NCBI GenBank assembly: GCA_037625035.1
Contig: JASJIO010000030.1
Span: forward strand, 11,778-75,777
Source: Amylibacter sp.
Lineage (GTDB): Bacteria; Pseudomonadota; Alphaproteobacteria; Rhodobacterales; Rhodobacteraceae
DNA: 64,000 nucleotides
Direction of reading: 5' to 3'
The notes below the pieces were generated by a model. It was not told where the DNA came from. It did not search any database and saw only the letters and a program-made list of their open reading frames with translations. Shown one piece after another: positions 10,448-20,233 of the stretch. How positions within the stretch are numbered: the first letter of the stretch is position 1; each line of letters opens with the position of its first letter. The position numbers and the translations under genes are program-made.

Positions 10448-10539
10448 AGAAGCTGCAGCAAGGGCGAAAATTGATATGGTGACTGCAAAGGTTTTTTCAT
10501 TTTATATCCTGACTGGTGTGTTGTGCGAGTGATACGTGA

Positions 10540-11211
10540 TCAATCCGTTAGTTCCGTCGAAGAAAACTCACAAGCGGCGGTTACGCAAACAGGATCCACT
10601 TGATTAGGCAAGACCACTTCCAGTGAATATGCATGCAAAAGCAATCGGTTAGATTGCTTTGAAACAGTTTCATCGGCATAAAATAAATCCCCAAATATAG
10701 CATGCCCAAGGGCCGCCATGTGAACCCGCAACTGATGCGTGCGCCCTGTTTCGGGGATCAATTCAACGATACAACTATCTGTTTTACGCGCTAACACACG
10801 CCAATGCGTCACCGAAGGTTTACCGTTTTCATCCACTTTTTGCAGCGGACGGTTTGGCCAATCACGCATCAACGGCAGATCGACCGTTCCTGATTGCCCA
10901 ATCTGTCCAGTGACCTTGGCGAGATAGGTTTTTTTCACAGTTCGTCGCTCAAACTGCCAATTCAGCTCTTTTTGTGCCTGCGCCATTTTCGCGAAAACCA
11001 TCACGCCAGACGTGTCCATATCCAAGCGGTGGATCAGCAGGGTTTCGGTATTTATGCTCTGCAAGCGGCCAAGCAAATTATCTTGGTGTTCAGGCAACCT
11101 GCCTGGGACCGCCAGCAATCCAGATGGTTTGTTCACAAAGATTAGTTCTTCGGTTTCAAACAAAATGGGGATCGGATCAGTCGGTGGATTATATATGAAC
11201 GGCGGGCGCAT
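10540..11211 (-). CDS. RluA-family pseudouridine synthase
   Basis: 223 aa. HRLDMDTSG catalytic motif and GRTHQLRVH motif. Confidence 0.85.
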   Translation of the reverse strand: MRPPFIYNPPTDPIPILFETEELIFVNKPSGLLAVPGRLPEHQDNLLGRLQSINTETLLIHRLDMDTSGVMVFAKMAQAQKELNWQFERRTVKKTYLAKVTGQIGQSGTVDLPLMRDWPNRPLQKVDENGKPSVTHWRVLARKTDSCIVELIPETGRTHQLRVHMAALGHAIFGDLFYADETVSKQSNRLLLHAYSLEVVLPNQVDPVCVTAACEFSSTELTD

Positions 11212-11314
11212 AAGTTTGGCTTAACTTGAACCCCGCAAAAGGGAAAGCGGGCAATCTAGCGTTTTGCGCCCCGCTAGATTAGGTTGGTGGCAATTCAGCG
11301 GAGCAAGGCGGCCA

Positions 11315-12643
11315 ATGGCGATGACACGACGAACACTCACTAAAGCCGCCGTTTCCAGCGCGGCGCTCGTTGGCACGGGAACGTCAGCCAAGGCAGCCGA
11401 CGTCGATGTTGTGGTCATAGGCGCAGGCGCTGCAGGGCTCAGCGCGACAGACGCGTTGGTGAAGGCAGGCTATTCCGTAACCTGTGTAGAAGCCGCAAAT
11501 CGTATCGGCGGACGCGTTCACACAGACACATCAACTTTTGGCGTGCCCTTCGATCATGGCGCACATTGGCTGCACAATCGCGCAGTCAATCCGTTTGTAA
11601 ATATGGGCAAAAAGTTGGGGATGAACGTCTACAAAGCGCCATCTAACGAGCGTGTTTTTATCAAGGGCAAGGGACCATCCGATGCAGATAGCGCAGCTTT
11701 TTGGGGAGAGTATAAACGTGTGACGCGAGCGATCGCATCTGCTGCGAAAAAACGCAAAGATATCTCTGCCGCTGATGCTGTGGAATTGCAGAATGAATGG
11801 ACAAATACCGCTTTTGCACTCGTCGGATCACTGTCGATGGCGCGGGATATGGATCATGTTTCCGTCATGGATTGGTACAGCGCAAAAGACGGCAAGGATT
11901 GGTTTTGCGCCCAAGGATTTGGTGCGCTTCTTTCAAAACAATGGGCCAACGTACCTGTTTCACTAAACACCGAAGTCACTGCAATTGACGCATCGAGCGA
12001 TGCAGTCACATTTCAAACCACAACAGGATCAATCCACGCCAAAGCGGCAATCGTGACCGTTTCCCAAGGTGTGTTGGCCAGTGGTACAATCAAATTTTCA
12101 CCAACAATGGACAGCAAGATGAAGGATGCGATCAGCGGCATCACTATGGGCAGTTACAACCATATCGCCTTGCAGTTCGCAGGCGGTACAATTGATGTAA
12201 AACCTGACAGTTGGATCGCCTATCAGCTTAGCGAAGGGCAAGGTGGCAGGCCAAAAGGCGGCGGAATTCTGGCGAATGTCAGCGCAACTGGCGTGTGTTA
12301 TTTCGAAGTGGGCGGAGGGTTTGGTCGTTTACTTGAACGACAAGGCAAAGCGGCAATGGTAGATTTTGCGCTTGGCGAAATGGCCGCGCTGTTTGGTGCA
12401 GATATTCGCAAGGGGTTCATCAAAGGCACCGCAACGCAATGGGGATTGAACCGACACGTCCTTGGGTCCTATTCAGGTGCGGAACCGGGCAAAGCCGCGA
12501 GCCGCCAATACCTGCGCGATCCAATCGCAGATCGGATATTCCTTGCAGGTGAAGCAACCAGTTTTGGCGAACAAGCCACCGTGTCGGGCGCCCATAAAGA
12601 GGGGCTCCGAGCAGCGGCAACAGTATCCGATTTGTTGGCTTAG
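11315..12643 (+). CDS. Flavin-containing amine oxidase with a Tat signal peptide
   Basis: MAMTRRTLTKAAVSSAALVGTGTSAKA (twin-arginine) followed by VVVIGAGAAGLSA and IGGRV motifs. ATG 11315 is chosen over the track's upstream start. Confidence 0.8.
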   Translation: MAMTRRTLTKAAVSSAALVGTGTSAKAADVDVVVIGAGAAGLSATDALVKAGYSVTCVEAANRIGGRVHTDTSTFGVPFDHGAHWLHNRAVNPFVNMGKKLGMNVYKAPSNERVFIKGKGPSDADSAAFWGEYKRVTRAIASAAKKRKDISAADAVELQNEWTNTAFALVGSLSMARDMDHVSVMDWYSAKDGKDWFCAQGFGALLSKQWANVPVSLNTEVTAIDASSDAVTFQTTTGSIHAKAAIVTVSQGVLASGTIKFSPTMDSKMKDAISGITMGSYNHIALQFAGGTIDVKPDSWIAYQLSEGQGGRPKGGGILANVSATGVCYFEVGGGFGRLLERQGKAAMVDFALGEMAALFGADIRKGFIKGTATQWGLNRHVLGSYSGAEPGKAASRQYLRDPIADRIFLAGEATSFGEQATVSGAHKEGLRAAATVSDLLA

Positions 12644-15087
12644 GCTTTCACGCGCTCGCCTTTGGGATCATAAAACGGCTTGCTTGAAACCTCTGCTTCA
12701 ACACGAACGCCAGCCACTTCGATCTCGAATGTTGACGCCAGAACATCGGCCAATGCTTCGCCTTCGCAAGGCACATACCCCATGCCCATCGCAGCACCCA
12801 AATGATGGCCGTAACCGCCAGACGACAGGTATCCGACAATCTCGCCGTTACGAATTACGGCTTCGTTATGATACAACAAAGGTTCTGGATCCTTCAGCTT
12901 AAACTGAAGCAAACGCTGGCTTAAACCGGTTTCCTTTTTACGCAGAACTGCATCGCGACCGATAAAGTTTTCCTTTGCCGTTTTCACCGCGAACCCTAGC
13001 CCTGCTTCCAGAACGTGGTCTTCGCATGTGATGTCATGGCCAAAGTGACGGAACCCTTTTTCGATGCGACACGTGTCCATCATGTGCATCCCGCACAGCT
13101 TCAAATCAAAATCCTGACCAGCCTCGGACAACGTTTCAAACACATGCCCACACTGATCTGCAGAAACGTAAATTTCCCAACCCAATTCGCCCACATAAGT
13201 CACACGGTGTAAACGGGCTTGCCCCATACCGATTTCGATATCTTGCGCCGTGCCAAACGGGTTCACATCGTTAGAAAAATCATTCGGTGAAACGGCTTGC
13301 AGCACTTCACGCGACCTTGGCCCCATGATCGCCAGCACACCTTCACCAGCCGTCACATCAGTGATCACCAAGTTGTAATCACCACGATTGCGTTCCATCC
13401 AAACCTGATCGGCAAGGCGTGTCGCCGCAGGGGTTACCACCAGATACGCGGTTTCAGAAATGCGGGTCACGGTCACGTCGGCCTCGATACCAGCACGATC
13501 ATTCAGGAATTGCGTGTAGACAATTTTGCCGATTGGAACGGAATAATCCCCGCCACCGATATAGTTCATAAACGCCTCCACATCGCGACCCTCTACGCGG
13601 ATTTTACCGAACGAAGACATGTCATACATGCCAACATTTTGACGCACGGCCATGTGTTCGTCGCGCACATTTTCAAAGAAGTTTTGGCGCGACCAGCTGT
13701 ACTGATATTGTACATCTTGGCCTTCACGCGCGAACCAGTTCGCCCGCTCCCAACCCGCGATTTCGCCCATCACGCCACCGCGTTCCAGCATGTGATGATG
13801 AAATGGTGTTCGGCGCACACCGCGCGCTGTTTCTTTCTGACGGAACGGAAAGTGATCTGCATAAAGAAGGCCCAGCGTCTCTTTGGATCGCTCATACAAA
13901 TAGGTTTTATTGCCTTGGAACGGTTGCATGCGACTGATGTCCACATCACCCAGATCGAACGGTTTTTGCCCCTCGTCCATCCACTGTGCCAGCGCCATAC
14001 CAGCGCCACCAGCGGATTGAATTCCGATAGAATTAAACCCAGCAGCGACCCAGAAATTATCCAATTCTGGCGCCAGTCCAAGGTGGTAGGCATCATCAGG
14101 GGTAAACGATTCAGGCCCATTAAAGAACGTGTGAATGCCAGCTTCTGCCAACAGCGGCAACCGTTCACAAGCTGCCTCAAGGATCGGTTCAAAGTGGTCG
14201 AAATCTTCGGGCAATTGATCAAACTCAAAGTCTTTGGGAATCCCTTTCATCGCCCACGGCTTCGCATTTGGCTCAAACGCACCTAGCAGATATTTACCCG
14301 CATCTTCTTTGTAATATGCGCATTCATCTGGCACCCGCAGAACCGGCATTTGGGTCAATCCAGGAATCGCTTCGGTCACAATGTAAAAGTGTTCACAAGC
14401 ATGCAGCGGCACATTCACGCCTGCCATACGGCCAACTTCATGGCCCCACATACCGCCACAATTCACGACCATGTCGGCTTTTATATGGCCGCTTTCGCCG
14501 TTTTCATCTGTCCAATTGACGCCGGTAACGTTACGGCCTTCTTTTGTGATCGCCGTTACCGCCGTGCGCTCAATAACCTTGGCGCCGCCATTGCGCGCGC
14601 CTTTGGCCAATGCCAACGCGATATTCGCAGGATCGCCCTGCCCATCGAGCGGCAGGTAAACGCCAGCGGTCACACCGTCGATATTCAAATGCTCATAATG
14701 CTCCTTCACTTCAGAGGGTGAAATCTCTTCGACTTCTACCCCAAACGCACGTGCCATCGACGCCTGTCGGAAAATCTCTTCTTTGCGCTCGTCAGTCAAC
14801 GCAACAGTGATCGAACCGCAACGTTTGAACCCAGTCGCAACGCCTGTTTCAGCTTCCAGATTACCATACAATTCTTGGCTATACTTCGCCAATTTGGTCA
14901 TGTTCGCCGTCGCACGAAGTTGCGCGATCAGACCCGCAGCATGCCAAGTTGTGCCGGATGTCAGCTGCTTACGTTCCAGTAAGACCACGTCTTTCCAGCC
15001 AAGTTTCGTTAGGTGGTACGCGACTGAACAGCCAATAACGCCACCGCCAACTATGACGACGCGGGCTTGGGTTGGGACATTGCTCAT
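12640..15087 (-). CDS. Dimethylglycine/sarcosine dehydrogenase-type FAD oxidoreductase fused to a GcvT folate-binding domain
   Basis: 815 aa. VVIVGGGVIGCS, SGTTWHAAG (covalent-FAD His context), and a C-terminal aminomethyltransferase-like half. Confidence 0.85.
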   Translation of the reverse strand: MSNVPTQARVVIVGGGVIGCSVAYHLTKLGWKDVVLLERKQLTSGTTWHAAGLIAQLRATANMTKLAKYSQELYGNLEAETGVATGFKRCGSITVALTDERKEEIFRQASMARAFGVEVEEISPSEVKEHYEHLNIDGVTAGVYLPLDGQGDPANIALALAKGARNGGAKVIERTAVTAITKEGRNVTGVNWTDENGESGHIKADMVVNCGGMWGHEVGRMAGVNVPLHACEHFYIVTEAIPGLTQMPVLRVPDECAYYKEDAGKYLLGAFEPNAKPWAMKGIPKDFEFDQLPEDFDHFEPILEAACERLPLLAEAGIHTFFNGPESFTPDDAYHLGLAPELDNFWVAAGFNSIGIQSAGGAGMALAQWMDEGQKPFDLGDVDISRMQPFQGNKTYLYERSKETLGLLYADHFPFRQKETARGVRRTPFHHHMLERGGVMGEIAGWERANWFAREGQDVQYQYSWSRQNFFENVRDEHMAVRQNVGMYDMSSFGKIRVEGRDVEAFMNYIGGGDYSVPIGKIVYTQFLNDRAGIEADVTVTRISETAYLVVTPAATRLADQVWMERNRGDYNLVITDVTAGEGVLAIMGPRSREVLQAVSPNDFSNDVNPFGTAQDIEIGMGQARLHRVTYVGELGWEIYVSADQCGHVFETLSEAGQDFDLKLCGMHMMDTCRIEKGFRHFGHDITCEDHVLEAGLGFAVKTAKENFIGRDAVLRKKETGLSQRLLQFKLKDPEPLLYHNEAVIRNGEIVGYLSSGGYGHHLGAAMGMGYVPCEGEALADVLASTFEIEVAGVRVEAEVSSKPFYDPKGERVKA

Positions 15088-15129
15088 AGGTAACTCTCCG
15101 AATATTTCGCCATGTTACGGGCTGTCATA

Positions 15130-16005
15130 TTATTTAAATCTACGCGCCAATTCCGCGATATGGGCTGGGCCGACTTCGCAACAACCACCGATGATTGTTG
15201 CGCCTGCATCTACCCATGTTTGGGCGAAATCAGCGTATTCATCTGGGCCGAGGTCTTTGCGGGCCGTCAACACATCAACTGTCGGGCTGTCTTTCAAAAA
15301 CGCACCATCGATATCAGTGAATCCATTGGCATATGCGCCAAACGGCTTGCCCGCTTTGGCAATAATTTTCAGCGCATCTTTCACGCTTTCTGGGCGGGTG
15401 CAATTGATCAAAATCGCCTCGACACGTTTGGCATCCATCAGGGACACAACATCGGCCAAATCCTCACCCGAACGCAGTTTCGTGCCGTCATCATCTGTTA
15501 CGCTCAGGCCAATCCAAACGGGTTTGTCCGAATGAAACGCGATTGCATCGATCACATTTCGTGCCTGTGCCACTGACGAAACAGTCTCTGCTATCAGGAA
15601 GTCCACGTCGCTGTTCATCGCGCTAATCACATCGCCATACAACGCGCGTGCATCCTCAACCGTGTGATCAAAATCAGTACGATACGATGCACCCAAAGGC
15701 CCAAGCGCACCCGCAACTTTGCCGGATCCATGTTGATCACGCGCCTCTTTTGCCGCGCTTGCCGCTGTTTGAACCAACTGCGTTAACTGATCCTCGAACC
15801 CAGACCCGTCGAGCCGATCGGGCAGAACGGGATAGGTGTTCGTGGTCGCGATATCTGCGCCCGCCGCAAAGTAATCAGCGTGCAATTTATGCACCAAATC
15901 TGGCTGCTGATACATCACGCTGGTGGACCAGTAAGGCGTCGAAGCCACATCAGAGCGATGCACCAATTCTTGCCCGATTGACCCATCTAAAATCGTAATT
16001 GTCAT
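15130..16005 (-). CDS. Homocysteine S-methyltransferase family protein; candidate betaine-homocysteine methyltransferase
   Basis: 291 aa, Pfam S-methyl_trans-like. It has the Zn-ligand pattern ...INC... and GGCCEVGP. Its start overlaps the stop of the upstream dehydrogenase (ATGA). Confidence 0.8.
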   Translation of the reverse strand: MTITILDGSIGQELVHRSDVASTPYWSTSVMYQQPDLVHKLHADYFAAGADIATTNTYPVLPDRLDGSGFEDQLTQLVQTAASAAKEARDQHGSGKVAGALGPLGASYRTDFDHTVEDARALYGDVISAMNSDVDFLIAETVSSVAQARNVIDAIAFHSDKPVWIGLSVTDDDGTKLRSGEDLADVVSLMDAKRVEAILINCTRPESVKDALKIIAKAGKPFGAYANGFTDIDGAFLKDSPTVDVLTARKDLGPDEYADFAQTWVDAGATIIGGCCEVGPAHIAELARRFK

Positions 16006-18455
16006 GCACGGATCCGATCATTTGCAGGGTCCCAAAGTGGCTCATCTTTTTGCACAACCGCTTTGTACCGTGCGCCAAAAATTTCCACTTCCAGCTCGGT
16101 TCCTGGCGCAGCCAAATCAGCCCGCACCATGCCCAGCGCCACGGATTTGTTGATCCGATAGCCCCAGTCACCTGATGTGGTTTCACCAACAACTTCGTCG
16201 CCGTTCCACAACGTCGACATGTACGGCGCATCCGCGTCACCTGCATCAACGATCAACGTCACAAACGACTTTTTCACCCCTTGCTGTTTTTCGGCCAATA
16301 GCGCTGCTTTACCGGGGAAATCTTGTGGTTTGTCAAAACGAATGAACCGCTCAATGCCGCCCTCAAGCAAAGTGTAATCCGTGGACAGATCACCCTTCCA
16401 CGTACGATACCCTTTTTCGATCCGCATAGAATTCAGCGCATACATGCCAAATGGCGTGGCCCCCGCATCACGAACAGCGTCGTAAGCTTGCTTCGCATCA
16501 CCAAACGAGGTGTGAACCTCCCAGCCCAGCTCACCCGCAAACGAAATGCGCATCAGTTTCGCCGGCTTCCCTGCAAACGTTGCGCTTTGCAGGCTCAACC
16601 AACCCAGCGACAAGTCCGCTTCAGGGGCCAATCCCGCGATCAAATCGCGCGATTTCGGGCCAGTCACAATCATTGTAGACCAATCGGTCGTGATGTCTGT
16701 CAAGGACAGCGACCCATCTTCTGGCAACGCCTTTTTCAAGAACTCAAAATCGTGCCACTGCGCGACTGCCGCTGTCATCAACCAGAAATCATCCTCACCC
16801 CAACGGATGATCGTCACCTCTGTTACAATGCGCCCGCGGCTATCTGCGAAATAGCCCAAATTCATACGGCCCGCTTTTGGCAACGCACCCGCGATCTGGC
16901 AACGTAACCATTCCGCAGCCCCTTCGCCCATCAACGTGTAGCGCGAAAATCCTGGCATATCGAGCACGCCAACATTGTCGCGAACCGCTTCAACTTCGTC
17001 TTTGATCCGCGCCGACCACGGCCCTTCACGGTTCCACGTTTGCGTGGCTTCATGGGAGGTATCATCACCGTCTTTGGCAAACCAATTTACGCGTTCCCAA
17101 CCGTTATACGCCCCAAATTGCGCGCCTGATTCCAACAAACGCGCGTGGTTTGGTGAAAGTTTTTTGTCACGCCCAGCAGGCCATTCGTGATGCGGGAAAT
17201 GCATCGCGTATTCATGGCCATATGTTTCCATCGCCTTAGACAGGCAATAATCGTGATCCGCAAAATCCGTGTAACGCCGCGCATCAGTTGCCCACATGTC
17301 CAGCTCAGTTTCACCATGCATGATCCATTCCGACAGGACTTTGCCCGCACCGCCGCCTTGGGCAATCCCAAACGTAAACGAGTGTCCCTCGAACGCATTT
17401 TTAACACCGGGCATCGGGCCAATCATCGGCAAACCATCGGGTGCATAGGGGATCGGGCCGTTAATATTGCGGCTAATTCCAGCGGTTTCCAAAAGGGGAA
17501 CACGCGCCATCGCGTCCTCAATGTAAAACTCCAACCGTTCCAGATCATCGGGGTAAAGTTGAAAGCTGAAATCTTTGGGCATCGGATCTTGGGGGGTAAC
17601 CCAATGGGCTTTGCAATTGCGCTCGTACGGGCCGAGGTTCAGGCCGTTTTTATCCTGGCGCAGATAATAACTGATATCAACGTCACGGATCAAAGGCATC
17701 TTATGGCCTTTTTCTTTGGTCCACGCCGCCAATTCAGGGATTTCTTCGCTAAGGAAATATTGGTGCGACATGACAATCATCGGCACTGTGCGCCCGCCAA
17801 ATGGCTTGAACATTTCGCCAACGCGCTGCGCATAATAGCCCGCACAGTTTACAACGTACTGCGCGCGAATTTCGCCTTTTTCGGTCTTAACGATCCATTC
17901 ATCCCCGTCGCGATCTAAACCAACAACAGGACAGAACCGTTCAATCCTTGCCCCCGCATCGCGCGCGCCTTTGGCCATCGCTTGAGTAAGCTGTGCAGGG
18001 TCAATATCGCCGTCATACGGATCCCACATGCCACCTTCTAAATCATGGGTTTCCAGAAACGGATTGTGTTCCTTCAACTCATCAGTCGTCAGAATATCCA
18101 TTTCGATGCCCTGATAACGGCCCATGCCAGCAACCCGTTCAAATTCCTGCATGCGTTCTTTGGAGTGCGCCAAACGTACGGAACCCGTCACGTGATAATT
18201 CATCGGGTAATCGACATCATCCGCCAAGGTGCGATACATTTCCAACCCATACCGCTGCATGTTCATAACCGCCCAAGAGCTGGAAAAATTCGGGCAATTG
18301 CCTGCTGCGTGCCAAGTGGACCCCGCTGTTAGTTCGTTCTTTTCCAAAAGAACGCAATCGTCCCAGCCTGCTTTGGCCAGGTGATACAAAGTGGATGTGC
18401 CAACGACACCGCCACCGATAATGACCACGCGGGCCGTAGTTGGAAATTCGGACAT
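16002..18455 (-). CDS. Second dimethylglycine/sarcosine dehydrogenase-type FAD/GcvT fusion protein (paralogue)
   Basis: 817 aa. VVIIGGGVVGTS, AGSTWHAAG and a GcvT-like C-terminal half. Confidence 0.85.
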   Translation of the reverse strand: MSEFPTTARVVIIGGGVVGTSTLYHLAKAGWDDCVLLEKNELTAGSTWHAAGNCPNFSSSWAVMNMQRYGLEMYRTLADDVDYPMNYHVTGSVRLAHSKERMQEFERVAGMGRYQGIEMDILTTDELKEHNPFLETHDLEGGMWDPYDGDIDPAQLTQAMAKGARDAGARIERFCPVVGLDRDGDEWIVKTEKGEIRAQYVVNCAGYYAQRVGEMFKPFGGRTVPMIVMSHQYFLSEEIPELAAWTKEKGHKMPLIRDVDISYYLRQDKNGLNLGPYERNCKAHWVTPQDPMPKDFSFQLYPDDLERLEFYIEDAMARVPLLETAGISRNINGPIPYAPDGLPMIGPMPGVKNAFEGHSFTFGIAQGGGAGKVLSEWIMHGETELDMWATDARRYTDFADHDYCLSKAMETYGHEYAMHFPHHEWPAGRDKKLSPNHARLLESGAQFGAYNGWERVNWFAKDGDDTSHEATQTWNREGPWSARIKDEVEAVRDNVGVLDMPGFSRYTLMGEGAAEWLRCQIAGALPKAGRMNLGYFADSRGRIVTEVTIIRWGEDDFWLMTAAVAQWHDFEFLKKALPEDGSLSLTDITTDWSTMIVTGPKSRDLIAGLAPEADLSLGWLSLQSATFAGKPAKLMRISFAGELGWEVHTSFGDAKQAYDAVRDAGATPFGMYALNSMRIEKGYRTWKGDLSTDYTLLEGGIERFIRFDKPQDFPGKAALLAEKQQGVKKSFVTLIVDAGDADAPYMSTLWNGDEVVGETTSGDWGYRINKSVALGMVRADLAAPGTELEVEIFGARYKAVVQKDEPLWDPANDRIRA

Positions 18456-18466
18456 TTTAGTCTCCC

Positions 18467-19090
18467 TTAGTCGAGCACGAGTTTAGCAGCGAGGCCGCCA
18501 AACAATATTGAAGTTATCTTGTTCAAGATTTTAACGCGGGTGCGTAGGGTGTTTGAAAACACCCCAGCAGCCACACCAAGCGAAAGGCTGAAGGCAAAGC
18601 CGAACAGCAAAAATATTATCCCAAGGATCAGGATTTGCATCCAAATTGGGCCAGTGGCAGGATCAGTAAATTGCGGAATAAACGCAAAGATAAACAGTAC
18701 CGTTTTGGGGTTTAACACGTTGGTCAAAAACCCTCGTTTAACGGCCGCGATCAGGTTCGGGGCAGCGCGCCCATCGGCAATATCGCCCGTTGCACGCCAT
18801 GCCTGAACCACGAGATAAATTAAATACGCCACGCCAAGATATAGGATCGCATCATAAGCCACAGGATAGGCCAACAGCAACGCGGACACGCCAGCGGCCG
18901 CCAAAACGATGTGTACCGCCACACCCAAATTCACACCAAGCGCTGCCGCCATTCCCGTTTTAGGGCCACCAGAAATACCAGAGGCAGACACGAAAACAAA
19001 ATCCGCGCCGGGTGTTATGTTCAACAACAATCCGGCTCCAATAAACGCGAGCAGAAATGCCGGGTCAAAACTGGTCACCACATCCCGCAT
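18467..19090 (-). CDS. LysE/RhtB family amino-acid (or amine) exporter
   Basis: 207 aa with six hydrophobic helices. The ITPGADF motif is typical of the LysE family. Confidence 0.8.
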   Translation of the reverse strand: MRDVVTSFDPAFLLAFIGAGLLLNITPGADFVFVSASGISGGPKTGMAAALGVNLGVAVHIVLAAAGVSALLLAYPVAYDAILYLGVAYLIYLVVQAWRATGDIADGRAAPNLIAAVKRGFLTNVLNPKTVLFIFAFIPQFTDPATGPIWMQILILGIIFLLFGFAFSLSLGVAAGVFSNTLRTRVKILNKITSILFGGLAAKLVLD

Positions 19091-19488
19091 CAGTATTGCG
19101 CCACCTGTTCAACACCGTCTTCAATGTCATAATAGTCGCCCTTATCCGCGACAAAGATATGCAGTTCGGTTTTCAAACCCGTCGAACCATCCATCGTGCC
19201 TGTGGCGATGTACGTCGTGTCCTCTTTATCCAACTGCAAAAACATCAATGATCCGCATTCGCTACAAAACCCACGCTGTGCGGTGTTTGATGAGCGATAC
19301 CACTTCAGCCCATCATCCTTGGTCACTGTAAACTTATCAGTCAGAACCTGCATCGCGCTCCAATAAAGCCCGCTGGTTGTTCGACACTGCGTGCAATGGT
19401 ATGTCATTGACGGGCGCAACGCACCCATAAAGGTATACGATACCGCACCGCACAAACATGATCCTGATTTCATATCACCCTCCATCAA
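19090..19488 (-). CDS. GFA (glutathione-dependent formaldehyde-activating / CENP-V-like) family protein
   Basis: 132 aa. Cys pattern GSCLCGAV...HCTQCR...CSECGS. Confidence 0.8.
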   Translation of the reverse strand: MMEGDMKSGSCLCGAVSYTFMGALRPSMTYHCTQCRTTSGLYWSAMQVLTDKFTVTKDDGLKWYRSSNTAQRGFCSECGSLMFLQLDKEDTTYIATGTMDGSTGLKTELHIFVADKGDYYDIEDGVEQVAQY

Positions 19489-19497
19489 TACGCGTCC

Positions 19498-20079
19498 TTA
19501 ATACACAGGCGGGGCGATAACCCAGATCGCCACGGCCTCTTCATCCCACGGATTTGACCAGCGATAAGGCTCACCTCGAATGCGGAAGCTATCGCCCGGT
19601 TCCACATCGAATTGACGCACCCCAACCCACAAACGCAGCTTGCCCGAAATCAGATATCCGACTTCTTGGGTGGGCCGTTCATCAAAGGTGCGCATTTCTG
19701 CACCCGCTTTGAATGTGGAATAGAACATCTCAAAATCATCTGTCAGATCGGGCGATAACAATTCTTCGGTCAACCCGTTTTCACCGCTCCCCACACGTCG
19801 CCGCGCTTGGGATCGAACCACGTAACCCTCTTCTTCAGGGATCGCGGGGGCTTGCCCAAAAAAGATCGATACCGAAACATCCAGTGCCAGTGCCAACCCT
19901 TTCAGCTCTTCGATTGAAGGATGAGAAATGTCGCGTTCTACTTGGCTCAACCACCCAACAGATTTTCCGCACCGCTCGGCCAATTCTACCAATGTCACAT
20001 GCCGCGCCTTACGCAACGAACGCAAATCGGCCCCCAAAGACGCAGAAAGATATGTCGATGTGTCAGGCATGATTCCCAT
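19498..20079 (-). CDS. XRE-family HTH regulator with a C-terminal cupin domain
   Basis: 193 aa. N-terminal HTH_3-like LRSLRKARHVTLVELAERCGKSVGWLSQVERD, then a cupin-like C-terminus. It is the first gene of the minus-strand operon. Confidence 0.8.
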   Translation of the reverse strand: MGIMPDTSTYLSASLGADLRSLRKARHVTLVELAERCGKSVGWLSQVERDISHPSIEELKGLALALDVSVSIFFGQAPAIPEEEGYVVRSQARRRVGSGENGLTEELLSPDLTDDFEMFYSTFKAGAEMRTFDERPTQEVGYLISGKLRLWVGVRQFDVEPGDSFRIRGEPYRWSNPWDEEAVAIWVIAPPVY

Positions 20080-20120
20080 TTCATGAAATTATACATGAAA
20101 ATTTCACCATTTATTTCACC
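20078..20120. promoter_or_regulatory. Cluster of TGAAA/TTTCA half-sites in the divergent XRE-cupin / Crp-family intergenic region
   Basis: 12-bp perfect palindrome ATTTCATGAAAT (20078-20089). TGAAAATTTCA at 20096-20106. Direct repeat ATTTCACC at 20101-20108 and 20113-20120. Confidence 0.35.
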
Positions 20121-20233
20121 AAAGCAAGTCAAAAAACGACGTCATTTCCGTTTTTTTGGTGTTTCTGCACTTTTCCGTTTGCATTGTACGCCAGCGCACA
20201 CACCCCTATGCTGCCCCAAACGGGAGAACTAAA

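Noticed and set aside
13297-14286. 329-aa plus-strand ORF inside the 815-aa dehydrogenase gene. Similar long antisense ORFs occur at 14783-15535, 17187-17918, 39677-40693, 41663-42295, 42039-42668, 46326-46838, 36806-37315, 5092-5706, 3744-4406 and 20754-21398.
   Set aside because: All lie antisense to or out of frame with genes that have clear family signatures. Their translations are low-complexity and rich in Arg, His and Pro, with no recognisable motifs. These are typical shadow ORFs of GC-rich coding DNA.
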